A stretch of 64,000 bases of DNA, taken from an uncultured Actinomycetota bacterium (GTDB lineage: Bacteria > Actinomycetota > Actinomycetes > JAHEKZ01). This document shows positions 20,102 to 29,246 of the stretch, in pieces; the first letter of the stretch is position 1; each line of letters starts with the position of its first letter. The notes under the pieces are model-generated. The model did not search any database, was not told the DNA's origin, and was given only the letters and a program-made list of their open reading frames with translations. The position numbers and the translations under genes were made by a program. Location of the stretch: assembly GCA_963718235.1 (NCBI GenBank), contig CAVQYR010000002.1, positions 608,001 to 672,000 of the forward strand. Direction: 5' to 3'.

Positions 20102-20755
20102 CTACCGGCCGACTCCCGCGGTGTGGTGGTCGTCGTTGTACCGACGCAGCTCCCACTCAGGGGGTGAGCTGTCGTCGCTGTGGTGACCCACCCACTCGGT
20201 CAACGCCGTGTGCCGGGTGCGAAACGTCGTGCGCGGAGGTTCCAGCCAGGTTCCTCGCCCCCAGCCGCTCATCGCCAGGTCGATCACCCCGCCGTGGGTG
20301 AACACGATGACCGAACGGCCCCGTTCGCGACGGGCGAGCCGGTCGAGCGCGTGCCCTACCCGGAAGGCGAAGTCCGCGTAGCTCTCGGTCTGGGGGCTCG
20401 GGCGGTCGAACAGACCCTCGCCGGTGACCAGTCGGTCCCAGGCCGCCTCGATCTCGGCGAACGTCACGTCGGAGACCTCCTCGCCGATCCGCCACTCCTG
20501 CAGCTCGGGGTCGGCCTCGACCGGCACGCCCAACGCGGGCGCCACGATCTGCGCCGTCTGCCACGCCCGAGGGAAGGTGCTGGCGACCACGGTGTCCGCG
20601 TGCAGCTCGCGGGTCGAGGCCAACCGGTCGTGCAGGGCCCGGGCCTGCGCCACCCCACGGTCGGTCAACCCCTCGGTGTCGAGCAGCGCCGGGCCGTCGG
20701 TGGCGAGGTTGACATGGGCCTCGCCGTGGCGCACGAGGACGATCCGGGTCTGCAC
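20102..20755 (-). CDS. Histidine phosphatase (phosphoglycerate mutase family)
   Basis: LVRHGEA, RAWQTA, VFTHGGVI motifs. Confidence 0.9.
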   Translation of the reverse strand: MQTRIVLVRHGEAHVNLATDGPALLDTEGLTDRGVAQARALHDRLASTRELHADTVVASTFPRAWQTAQIVAPALGVPVEADPELQEWRIGEEVSDVTFAEIEAAWDRLVTGEGLFDRPSPQTESYADFAFRVGHALDRLARRERGRSVIVFTHGGVIDLAMSGWGRGTWLEPPRTTFRTRHTALTEWVGHHSDDSSPPEWELRRYNDDHHTAGVGR

Positions 20756-20777
20756 CGCGCCAGCCTAGGCGCTGCGC

Positions 20778-21518
20778 TCACTCCGGTACGAACCCCTGGT
20801 CGAGCTGCCACGGTCGTACCGGTGAGTTCTCGATGAGCCATGTCTCGAGCTCCTTCATGACTCCGGTGAGCACCAGGAGACCGACCACGACGAAGGCAGC
20901 CCCCACCGTGCGTCGTACCCATCCGTGCGGGTCGGCAGCCCACCCGAGCCTGCGCACGGCGGACTGTCCCGCGACCGCGATCACCAGCAGCGTGCCGCAC
21001 AGGCCGACGGCGTAGGCCACGAGCAGCAGCAGCCCGTACGCGGCGTCGGCCGGCAGCACGGTCACGACCACGTAGCCGTAGAGCGGGCTGCAGCTCGTGA
21101 AGACCGGACCCAGCGCTGCGCCGGTGAGGATGTCACCGGTCACGCCACCTCGACGGCGGGCCGCGCTCATCCGGGCGCTGCTGCGGGCCTGGAGCCCGAG
21201 CCGGACGCTGACCGCGTCCCACGTCTGGGGGAAGAGGGCGGCGAGCCCGAGGGCGACCAGCAGACCGCCACTGACCCACTGCCACACCTGCGGAGGTACT
21301 CCGATGAGCGCGGTGCTCGCTTTGAGGAGCAACGTGAAGACGACCACCGACAGTCCCAGCGACGCGACGATGACCGCCGGCCCCCGCCAGCGTCGCGCGG
21401 CCGGGTCGTCGACGGCGTCGCCGATGCTTCCCCCGACGATCACGGGGAGGAGCGGGAGGACGCAGGGTGCAAGCGTGGTCAGCGCGCCGGCCACCAGCGC
21501 ACCGAGTACGGCGAGCAC
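20778..21518 (-). CDS. Cytochrome c biogenesis CcdA / DsbD-TM family protein
   Basis: AGALTTLAPCVLPLLP and GPVFTSCSP carry the two redox cysteines; six TM helices. Confidence 0.88.
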   Translation of the reverse strand: MLAVLGALVAGALTTLAPCVLPLLPVIVGGSIGDAVDDPAARRWRGPAVIVASLGLSVVVFTLLLKASTALIGVPPQVWQWVSGGLLVALGLAALFPQTWDAVSVRLGLQARSSARMSAARRRGGVTGDILTGAALGPVFTSCSPLYGYVVVTVLPADAAYGLLLLVAYAVGLCGTLLVIAVAGQSAVRRLGWAADPHGWVRRTVGAAFVVVGLLVLTGVMKELETWLIENSPVRPWQLDQGFVPE

Positions 21519-21521
21519 GAC

Positions 21522-22028
21522 CTACTGGACCTGGTCGGCGATCTCCGCGGCGGACGTCGACCCGGACCACTTGGCGAGCTGACCGCCGTCGGCGTCGACC
21601 TGGACGAACGTGTGCTGAACGGTCACGCCGTACTTCTGGCGCAGCTCGGTCATGCTGTCGAAGTCGGTCTTGACGATGGTCAGGCCGTCGGGCACCGGCT
21701 GGCTGGTCAGGTTCGCCTCCGCGGCCTGGCAGGTGGGGCACCAGCCGGCGTGGAAGAACAGGACCACGTCTCCTCCGCGGTCGAAGGTCGCGGGGTCGCC
21801 TCGGTAGTCGTCGTAGTCGATGTAGGACCCGGGGATGGCTGAGGCGGTCGCAGGCGGCTTCGACTTCGTGGTGTCCGTGGTGGTCGACTCGGCCGGAGCC
21901 GGGCTCGACGACACCGGGTCGCTCGAGTCGGAACCGGTACTCGTGCCGGCGCCGCCACATCCCGCCAGCAGCAGGACGGCGAGTGCGGCTGCGGACGCCG
22001 CAGCGGGAAGACGGGTCGCGCGGTTCAT
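21522..22028 (-). CDS. Thioredoxin-like lipoprotein
   Basis: Lipobox LLAGC, S/T/P linker, FHAGWCPTC active site, KYGVTVQHTF. Confidence 0.88.
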   Translation of the reverse strand: MNRATRLPAAASAAALAVLLLAGCGGAGTSTGSDSSDPVSSSPAPAESTTTDTTKSKPPATASAIPGSYIDYDDYRGDPATFDRGGDVVLFFHAGWCPTCQAAEANLTSQPVPDGLTIVKTDFDSMTELRQKYGVTVQHTFVQVDADGGQLAKWSGSTSAAEIADQVQ

Positions 22029-22202
22029 GGTGCTCCTGCCTGAGAAGTCGGGGCCTGAGGCCCATTGGATCCCAGGTCCGGCCCGTTGGCGCGTCCGCCC
22101 AGCCGTTCGTCACGGCTTCGTAAGGGCTGCGTCCACCGGCGGGTCAGGTGATGTTCACCTTCTGGCCGATCGCGATTCACCTGCGACTCCTAGCGTCCGA
22201 GC

Positions 22203-22796
22203 ATGGACCGGTTGCCCGACGTCGGATCGGGTTTCGGCGTGCCGCAGGTCGTCGAGGCCTCACTCCTGGTGGCTGAGCTCTTCGGCCCCGACTCGCCCCG
22301 CTACCACCACATGCGCGGGGCAGCGCGGTTCGCCGGCGAGGCTGCTCGGGTCCTCGCGCCCGACGACGCCGACCTGGTGACCGCGGCCGTGTGGCTGCAT
22401 GACATCGGCTATGCCGTCCCGCACCACGGCTTCCACTCCGTCGACGGCGCCGAGTTCCTGCTTCGGGCCGGCTGGCCACCACGGCTCGCCGCCCTGGTGG
22501 CCCACCACTCGTTCGCCGCGGTCGTGGCCCCCGCCGCAGGGATGACCGAGCCCCTGGCCCGGTTCCCCGACGAAGGCGGACTCCTGCCCGACCTGGTGGT
22601 CTACGGCGACATGGCCGTCGACGCCGATGGACATCCGGTGTGCCTGGCCGAGCGCTTCGCCGGGATCCGTGAACGCCATCCGAGTGGTACCCCCAACGGA
22701 CTGGTCCAGGTCCAGCGTGAGCGCCTCATCGTCGAGGCCGTGGACCGGGTGGAGCGTGCCCTGGACCACGCCCTGCGGATTCCGGTCTCGGCCTAG
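22203..22796 (+). CDS. HD-domain phosphohydrolase
   Basis: H...WLHDIGY...GFHSVDGA...VAHHS...YGDM. Confidence 0.82.
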   Translation: MDRLPDVGSGFGVPQVVEASLLVAELFGPDSPRYHHMRGAARFAGEAARVLAPDDADLVTAAVWLHDIGYAVPHHGFHSVDGAEFLLRAGWPPRLAALVAHHSFAAVVAPAAGMTEPLARFPDEGGLLPDLVVYGDMAVDADGHPVCLAERFAGIRERHPSGTPNGLVQVQRERLIVEAVDRVERALDHALRIPVSA

Positions 22797-23917
22797 CCGC
22801 CCAGGGCCTTCTCCACCTCGGCCACCAGCGCGTCGGCCCGGGTGTGGTCACCCAGGGCTCGGGTCACGTAGGCGAAGGCGTAGCCCTTGTCGAGGGAGGC
22901 GAACCCGACACTTCCCCCGATTCCGCCCAGTCCGACGTCGGCGCCGTCTCGCTGCATCGCGGTGGTCCAGGACACGTCCCGTTCGAGAGTACGGTCCCAC
23001 CCCTCGACCTGGGGCTCGACCAGGCTGGCGAACCCCCGGTGGCCGAGCAGGCGAGCGAGGTCGCTGTCGCTGCGCAGCAGCTGGTCGTACAGCCCCAGGA
23101 CGCCCCGTGCCGAGGCGTGCATGCCGATGGCGGGAAACTCGGTCTGTCGCCACCGCCGGTGGTTCAGCACGGTCACCTCCAGGGCACCAGGGGGCCGGGT
23201 CAGCGCACGGTGGCGAAGCGTCCCGGAGGGCCCGGCGATGTCCTGCGGCCACAGCGGCGACCGGTACTCGAGATCGGCGACCCGGTCGAGCTGCTCGAGG
23301 GGGACCCCGAACCAGGCGTCCCAGCCCATCGGCCGGGCCACCCGCGTGCGGAACACCTCGCCAAGGCTCTGACCCGCGACCGCCCGGACGACGCCGTCGA
23401 GCAGGTGACCGTAGGTCAGAGCGTGCTCGCCATGGGCTGTGCCGGGTGACCACAGCGGCTCAGCACCGGCCAACCAGGTGGTCAGCACGTCGTGGTCCAT
23501 GAGGTCGGAAGACGTCAGCGACCCGCCGAAGGCGGGCAGTCCGGCCTGGTGGGTGAGCAGGTGACCCACGGTCGTCGACTCCTTGCCCGCGCACCCGTAC
23601 CCAGGCCACACGTCACCGACCCTCGTGTCGAGGGAGACGAGCCCGTCGTGGACGAGCAGCAGGAGGGTGAGCGCGGCGTACGGCTTGCTCACCGAGTAGG
23701 TGTGCACGAGCGTGTCGGGCTGCCACAGCCGGGACCGGCGTGAGTCGGCCCACCCGCCCACCAGGTCGACGACCACGGCTCCGCCGACCGACACGGCCAG
23801 CGCCGCGCCGGTCTCACTGCCCTCGTGGAGCGAAGCCTCGAACCGCCCCCGGACACCGCCGAAGCCCGCAGCCGTGTGGCCCCTGACGGAGTCGGTCGAC
23901 CCCCCCTTGGCATCCAC
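22793..23917 (-). CDS. Serine hydrolase (beta-lactamase-related esterase)
   Basis: YSVSK (SxxK), LLTHQAGLP, HALTYG, GGIGGS. Start approximate. Confidence 0.88.
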   Translation of the reverse strand: MDAKGGSTDSVRGHTAAGFGGVRGRFEASLHEGSETGAALAVSVGGAVVVDLVGGWADSRRSRLWQPDTLVHTYSVSKPYAALTLLLLVHDGLVSLDTRVGDVWPGYGCAGKESTTVGHLLTHQAGLPAFGGSLTSSDLMDHDVLTTWLAGAEPLWSPGTAHGEHALTYGHLLDGVVRAVAGQSLGEVFRTRVARPMGWDAWFGVPLEQLDRVADLEYRSPLWPQDIAGPSGTLRHRALTRPPGALEVTVLNHRRWRQTEFPAIGMHASARGVLGLYDQLLRSDSDLARLLGHRGFASLVEPQVEGWDRTLERDVSWTTAMQRDGADVGLGGIGGSVGFASLDKGYAFAYVTRALGDHTRADALVAEVEKALGG

Positions 23918-23954
23918 GGCTCCATGACACCACGAACGGGCAAGGGGGGCCGGG

Positions 23955-24890
23955 TCAGCGACCTGGTGTCGCGCTCCAGACAAGATGCGGCTTCATCGCG
24001 CGACTCGTCCCGACGACGCCGTCGTGGTCGACCCACAGCGCCGCCAGCCCGACGTCGTCCGCGCGGGCCCGGATCCGGCCCCTGCCGGTGACGAACAGCA
24101 CCTTGCTCCAGACCTCCGCCGTCGCCGCGTCGTCGGCGATGACCGTGACCGCGACGAGGCCCGAACGCGCCGGGGCGTCGGTCCGTGGGTCGATCAGGTG
24201 GTGCACGTCGGACTCGCCGGCCCGCCAGCGTCTGATCCGGGTCGACGAGGTCGCGCATGCGGTGTCGTTCACCGCGAGCACGGCCACCGGCTCGGAGCCT
24301 CCTCGGGGGTCCTCGACGCCGACCCGCCACCCGTCGCCCTCCGGCCCTCCGCCCAGCGTCTGCAGGTCGCCCCCGGCCTCGACCAGCGCCGCCCGACCGG
24401 CACCGCGCAGCCGGTCGGCGGCCCACCGACAGGCCAGGCCCTTGCCGATCCCGCCGAGGTCGACCGGTTCACGACCCAGCAGGACGGCTGCGCGTCCTAC
24501 GTCGAAGCGAGGCTTCCACCCGCGTCGGCGCGTCGCTCGCTCGGTCGGCGCAGCGGCCCTTGGCACCGACACCGACCCCTGGGCGAACGGCAGGGTCTTG
24601 TCATAGCCCAGGGCGCTGAGGGTCTGGAGCACCCGGGGGTCGAACAACCCGTCGGTCAACACGTATGCGTCGCGGGCCGCGACGAGGGCGTCGAAGCACT
24701 CGACCGGCACCGTGTGCCACTGCTTCGGCGCCGCGTTGGCCCTCATGAGCGGACTGTCCGGGTCGAAGCGGGTGCACGCGCGCTCGACCCGGACGAACAC
24801 GTCCTGGGCTGCTCCTAGCGCCTCCGCTGCGGTCGCGCCCGGGTCCAGGACCCGCAGCGTCACGTCGGTGGCCATCGCGCGAAAGGTCAC
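23955..24890 (-). CDS. apbE: FAD:protein FMN transferase
   Basis: FRAMAT, TRFDPDS, TDGLFDP, DLGGIGKG, EAGGDL, ATSS, HHLIDPRT motifs; no signal peptide visible. Confidence 0.9.
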   Translation of the reverse strand: MTFRAMATDVTLRVLDPGATAAEALGAAQDVFVRVERACTRFDPDSPLMRANAAPKQWHTVPVECFDALVAARDAYVLTDGLFDPRVLQTLSALGYDKTLPFAQGSVSVPRAAAPTERATRRRGWKPRFDVGRAAVLLGREPVDLGGIGKGLACRWAADRLRGAGRAALVEAGGDLQTLGGGPEGDGWRVGVEDPRGGSEPVAVLAVNDTACATSSTRIRRWRAGESDVHHLIDPRTDAPARSGLVAVTVIADDAATAEVWSKVLFVTGRGRIRARADDVGLAALWVDHDGVVGTSRAMKPHLVWSATPGR

Positions 24891-24932
24891 GACCCGTTCG
24901 CTCGACCGCCGACTCCACGCCGCTCACCCCGG

Positions 24933-25361
24933 TCACGGTGCGGTTGCCCCGGAGGCCCCCGTGGTCGTGGTCGTGGCGGGAGCCTGGGTCTGCGGCGCGG
25001 CCGCCGGTTGGTTGGGGATCGACGGCGAGCCGGACGAAGGGGCCGTCCACGAGGAGGACCCGGAGCTGCTGACGTAGGTGGAGGCTCCCTGCCGGACCGA
25101 GTGGGTCTGCGCCCTGACCGCGTCCAGTCGCTTCCGAAGGGAGGCGATCTGCCGGTCCTCGGAGCGGACCGCACGCTGGAGGGCCACCGCAACGGCGTCG
25201 TGCGGTCCGTCGCGGGTGACCTCGACCCCGCCCTGCGCGGCCTCGTCCCCGCTCGCCACCGGGGTCGTCGACTGCTGCGTCACGTAGGTGCTGGCGCCGA
25301 CGAGCAGCGCCAGGGTGGCCGGAGCCGCGACTGCTGCGAACGTGAAACGGGAGTCAGTCAT
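24933..25361 (-). CDS. Exported/anchored low-complexity protein ending in TTTTTGASGAT; candidate ApbE flavinylation substrate
   Basis: N-terminal hydrophobic segment, short coiled-coil-like region, S/P/A/T linker, overlapping TGAS and SGAT motifs; overlaps the upstream gene (ATGACTGA). Confidence 0.7.
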   Translation of the reverse strand: MTDSRFTFAAVAAPATLALLVGASTYVTQQSTTPVASGDEAAQGGVEVTRDGPHDAVAVALQRAVRSEDRQIASLRKRLDAVRAQTHSVRQGASTYVSSSGSSSWTAPSSGSPSIPNQPAAAPQTQAPATTTTTGASGATAP

Positions 25362-25818
25362 CGTGCTCGCCACCCTCGTCCTCGTCGTCTTCGTCCTCGT
25401 CGTCTTCACCGTTGCCTCCACCGCTTGCACCCGTAGAGGTGTCCGTCGTCGGGGGCTGGCTGGGTGCGGCGGTGGCCGGTGCGGGTGCAGGATCCGGCGC
25501 CGCGGTCGTCACCGTTGCCGCCGCGACGGCCGCGGCGGCCGCCACCTGCTGCTCGCGACGGGCGGCGGCCAGGCCGTCCTCAGCGCGGGCGAGGCGCTCC
25601 AGCAGCCGGTCGATCTGGTCGTGCTTCCCGGCGAACGTCACCCACAGCCGCTTCTTGGCAGCAGCCTGCGCGTCGAGCACCACTGAGCTGGCCTCCGGTT
25701 CGGCGACCGCGTCGGTGACGCCCTCCGGCGATCGGTCCGCCGCGAGGGCTGCGCCCGTGCCTCCGAGCACGCTGGCGACGGCCGCTGCGCCGACGACGAG
25801 GCGTTGGCTGAGTCTCAT
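25354..25818 (-). CDS. Exported low-complexity protein with DTSTGAS motif and acidic tail; candidate ApbE flavinylation substrate
   Basis: Signal peptide (MRLSQRLVVG...AALAA), coiled-coil-like region, A/P/T linker, DTSTGAS, EDDEDEDDEDEGGEHDD tail; AAGGGA RBS. Confidence 0.7.
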   Translation of the reverse strand: MRLSQRLVVGAAAVASVLGGTGAALAADRSPEGVTDAVAEPEASSVVLDAQAAAKKRLWVTFAGKHDQIDRLLERLARAEDGLAAARREQQVAAAAAVAAATVTTAAPDPAPAPATAAPSQPPTTDTSTGASGGGNGEDDEDEDDEDEGGEHDD

Positions 25819-25911
25819 CTGAGGTCCCTTCGGTTGCGGTGCATCGGGTCGATCGTCGGTCGTCGACCCCGCGGGACCAAGCGGGTTAAGGGTGCGTTAG
25901 CACGATGCTGG

Positions 25912-27364
25912 TCAGACCTTGTTCTGAGCCGCCGTTTCGTCACCCAGGGAGACGAGGGTCGTCACGAACTCATCGACCATCGCTCGGGTCGTGCGGGCGT
26001 TGATGAAGCAGGGTCGGATCGCGAAGGCGTCACCGACGACGGTCGCGCTCGGCAGGAAGGGCGTCTCTCGGACCAGGCGTCGCAGCAGCCTCTGGTTCAG
26101 CTCGTCCAGCTGCTTGCCGTCGAGGGCGCCGTCACCGACGTAGCGGACGCAGGCAATGGACAGCTCTGGTTCGGTGAGACTCTCCAGGCGCGGGTGAGCC
26201 GTGGCGAGGTCGCTCACCGCGGTGGCGAAGTCGTTGTCGCGCATGATGCGCGTGCGTACCTCGTTGCGTCCTTGCTCCCGCAGCAGGGCCCAGACCATCG
26301 CCCCCCGAGCGGGCGCTGACAGCTCGACGCCCATGTCGGCGTAGGGGATGCCGATCGCGTCCATGGACACCTCGACGTCGTCGGCGCCTGCGAACGACCC
26401 TTCGAGGTAGTCCGCGGGCTCCTGGGTGAAGGCGCGGATCAGCAGGGACCGGTCACGGACGAACGTCGCGGCCACGCCGACCGGTGCCGCGAGCCACTTG
26501 TGGGGGTCGACGATGGCCGAGTCGGCCAGCTCGAGCCCGTCGTAGCGGTCGGCCACCCGTGGGTCGAGGCTTCCGACGAGTCCGTACGCACCGTCGACGT
26601 GGAACCAGATGCCGTGCTCACGGGCGATCTCACCGATCCGGCGCAGGGGGTCGATGGCTCCGGTGTTCGTGGTCCCGGCGGACGCCACGACGCACAGAGG
26701 CAGCACGCCACGGCTCCGGTCGCCTGCGATCAGCTCGGCGAGCGACATCCGGACGCATGCGCTGACGGTCGTCGATGGGCACGGCTCGAACGGCCGCCCG
26801 TCCGATGCCCAGCACCGCCGCGGCCCGATGGATCGTGTGATGCGCCTCCTCGCTGGCGTAGATCGCGCAGGGACGGTCGACCCCGGTCGCGGCGACGTCG
26901 ACGCCGACCTGCTCGAACGCCCACTGTCGAGCAGCGCCCAGGGCCACCAGGTTGGCCACGGAGCCTCCGCTGGAGTACACGCCCAACATGCGTGGCGCGA
27001 GCCCGCACAGCTGCGCAAGCCACTCCAGCGACGTCTCCTCGAGTCGGTTGAACGCGGTGATCGAGTAGCGCTGGGGGGAGGCAACCATCGCGGCTGTGGC
27101 CGCGAGCACCGGGGCCGTCGTCGGCCCTGTGGTGACGAAGCCCCAGAACGTGGGTGAGGAGATGGGTCCCCCGCCGGGGACCACGACGTCGAGCAGCTCC
27201 CGGGTCACCGCGTCGATGCCGACGCCCTCGTCAGGGAGCGGCAGGTCGGTCAGCGTCTCCCATGAGGTGCGTGCTCTCACCGCGTCCGGATGCTCGAACC
27301 GGGCGAAGGCGTCCAGCCGGTCACCCACGGCCTTCAGCCGGTCGCCGTAGTGCTCGGTCTCCAT
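25912..27364 (-). CDS. Group II pyridoxal-dependent decarboxylase, one frameshift near 26745
   Basis: N-terminal frame has SGGSVAN and EEAHHTI; C-terminal frame has SAGTTNTGAID, HVDGAYG, DPHKWL. Removing one base near 26745 joins them. Confidence 0.85.
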
Positions 27365-27426
27365 GGTCCGACCGTAGTGCTGACCGGGCTTCATCGGGCT
27401 GTTCGTCCCTGGCAGGGTGTGCACCC

Positions 27427-28281
27427 ATGAGCTGGACCTTCAGCGAGGATGTCGACGCGTACGCGGACGCCGTCGGTCCGCTGCTCTCACGGTGGCCGGC
27501 GGAGCACACGATCGCGCTGACCGTGATCGAGTACGCCAGGCGGCAGCCCGGGCCCGGCGACCCGCCCGAGCTGTACGGCTGGTGGACCGACGATTCCGGC
27601 GCGGTCACCGGCGCGATGCTGCACACGCCTGGTTACGAGCCGTTGCTGGAGCGGGTGCCTGACGAGGCAGTCCGCCCCCTGCTCGACGCGCTGGTCGAAC
27701 GGGGTCATGGCGTCACGGGAGTCAACGGCCCGGCGCAGGAGGCCCTCACCTTCGCCGCGGTGGCATCGTCGACCTTGGGCTGCCGAGCCGAGCTGGGCCA
27801 CGCCATGCGGCTGTTCCGGCTCGACGACCTCCAGGTCCCCGACCCCCTCCCACCGGGCGCGGCCCGCTCGGCCGGCCACGCGGACGAGCCCTGGCTGGCC
27901 GAGTGGGTGCAGGCGTTCGCCACCGAGGCCCACTCACCGGTCGCTGACCCGGTCGGCGAAGTGGTGAAGCGGCTCGGTCACGACGGCTTCCGGGTCTGGG
28001 TCGACGGCGAGGGGGAGCCCGTCTCGATGGCTGCACGCGGCCTTCCGGCCGCCGGGGTCAGCCGGATCGGTCCCGTGTACACGCCACCCCGACAACGCCG
28101 CCACGGGTACGGGGCCGCGGTCACCGCGGCTGCCGCTGCGTCGATCCTCCAAGAGGGTGCCCTTCCGGTGCTCTTCACCGACCTGGCCAACCCGACGTCC
28201 AACGCGCTGTACCAGCGGCTGGGGTTCCGGTCGGTGAGCAACCGGGTCTGGCTGACGTTCCACGACCCTGAGGCAGGCTGA
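27427..28281 (+). CDS. GNAT family N-acetyltransferase
   Basis: RIGPVYTPPRQRRHGYG, LFTDLANPTSNALYQRLGF. Confidence 0.88.
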   Translation: MSWTFSEDVDAYADAVGPLLSRWPAEHTIALTVIEYARRQPGPGDPPELYGWWTDDSGAVTGAMLHTPGYEPLLERVPDEAVRPLLDALVERGHGVTGVNGPAQEALTFAAVASSTLGCRAELGHAMRLFRLDDLQVPDPLPPGAARSAGHADEPWLAEWVQAFATEAHSPVADPVGEVVKRLGHDGFRVWVDGEGEPVSMAARGLPAAGVSRIGPVYTPPRQRRHGYGAAVTAAAAASILQEGALPVLFTDLANPTSNALYQRLGFRSVSNRVWLTFHDPEAG

Positions 28282-28285
28282 GGCT

Positions 28286-29158
28286 GTGACACGAGACCTG
28301 GTGCTGGTCGTCAACCCCGCGTCAGGGGGCGGCAAGGGTCGCCGCCTGGCGCCTCGGGTGCTGCAGGCACTGCGCAGCGGTGGATGGGTCGTCCGTGCGC
28401 ACGAGAGCCGCGACATGGACCACGTCGAGGAGCTGACGGCTGCTGCACAGCCGGACCAGGTTGTCGCCGTGCTCGGTGGTGACGGCACCCTCGGCCGAGC
28501 AGCCTCGGGGACCTTCCACTCCGGGGCGCTGCTCGCCCCTCTTCCCGGTGGGCGCGGCAACGACTTCTGCCGAGTACTTGGTGTCCCTGGTGATCCGGTG
28601 GCAGCGGCGAGGGCCCTGAACGCAGCAACCGAGCGCCGAGTCGACGCCGGCCTGGCCGGGGCGCGGCTGTTCGTCTGCGTGGCCCACGCCGGGTTCGACT
28701 CCGTGGCGAACGACATCGCCAACCGGACACCCGTCTTGCGCGGCACACCGGTCTATCTGTATGCCGCCCTACGAACGGTCGTGGGCTGGACACCCGCGAC
28801 GTTCACCGTCGACGTCGGTGAGGGGCCGCGGGAGTACCCGGGCTGGACCGTGGCGGTGGGCAACGCCGGTCTGTACGGCGGTGGCATGCGGATCACCCCG
28901 AACGCGTCCATCGACGACGGGATCCTCGATGTCACCATCGCCGGCGACATCACCCGTGCTGAGTTCCTGCAGCTGTTGCCGCGGGTGTTCAACGGGAGCC
29001 ACGTCAACCATCCGAAGGTGACCACGCTGGTCGGCCGCGAGATCGCGATCGCCGCCAGTCGACCGTTCGATGTCTACGCCGACGGGGAGCTGGTGGGACC
29101 GCTGCCGATGACGATCCGGTCGATGCCGAACGCACTGCGGGTGCTCGCGGGACGTTGA
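28286..29158 (+). CDS. Diacylglycerol kinase family lipid kinase (YegS/DagK-like)
   Basis: VNPASGGG, GGDGT, PGGRGNDF, YGGGM, DDGILDV, YADGE. Confidence 0.9.
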   Translation: MTRDLVLVVNPASGGGKGRRLAPRVLQALRSGGWVVRAHESRDMDHVEELTAAAQPDQVVAVLGGDGTLGRAASGTFHSGALLAPLPGGRGNDFCRVLGVPGDPVAAARALNAATERRVDAGLAGARLFVCVAHAGFDSVANDIANRTPVLRGTPVYLYAALRTVVGWTPATFTVDVGEGPREYPGWTVAVGNAGLYGGGMRITPNASIDDGILDVTIAGDITRAEFLQLLPRVFNGSHVNHPKVTTLVGREIAIAASRPFDVYADGELVGPLPMTIRSMPNALRVLAGR

Positions 29159-29246
29159 CCGAGCAGGTGTGGGGGCCGGGTTCGCGTGCCACAGGACTAG
29201 GGTGGACAGCAGGCTCACCGGACCTGACGCCGAGGGGATGCGACCC

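Noticed and set aside
22793-23917. Beta-lactam resistance gene
   Set aside because: It has SxxK but no signal peptide and resembles cytoplasmic EstB-like esterases; resistance cannot be supported.
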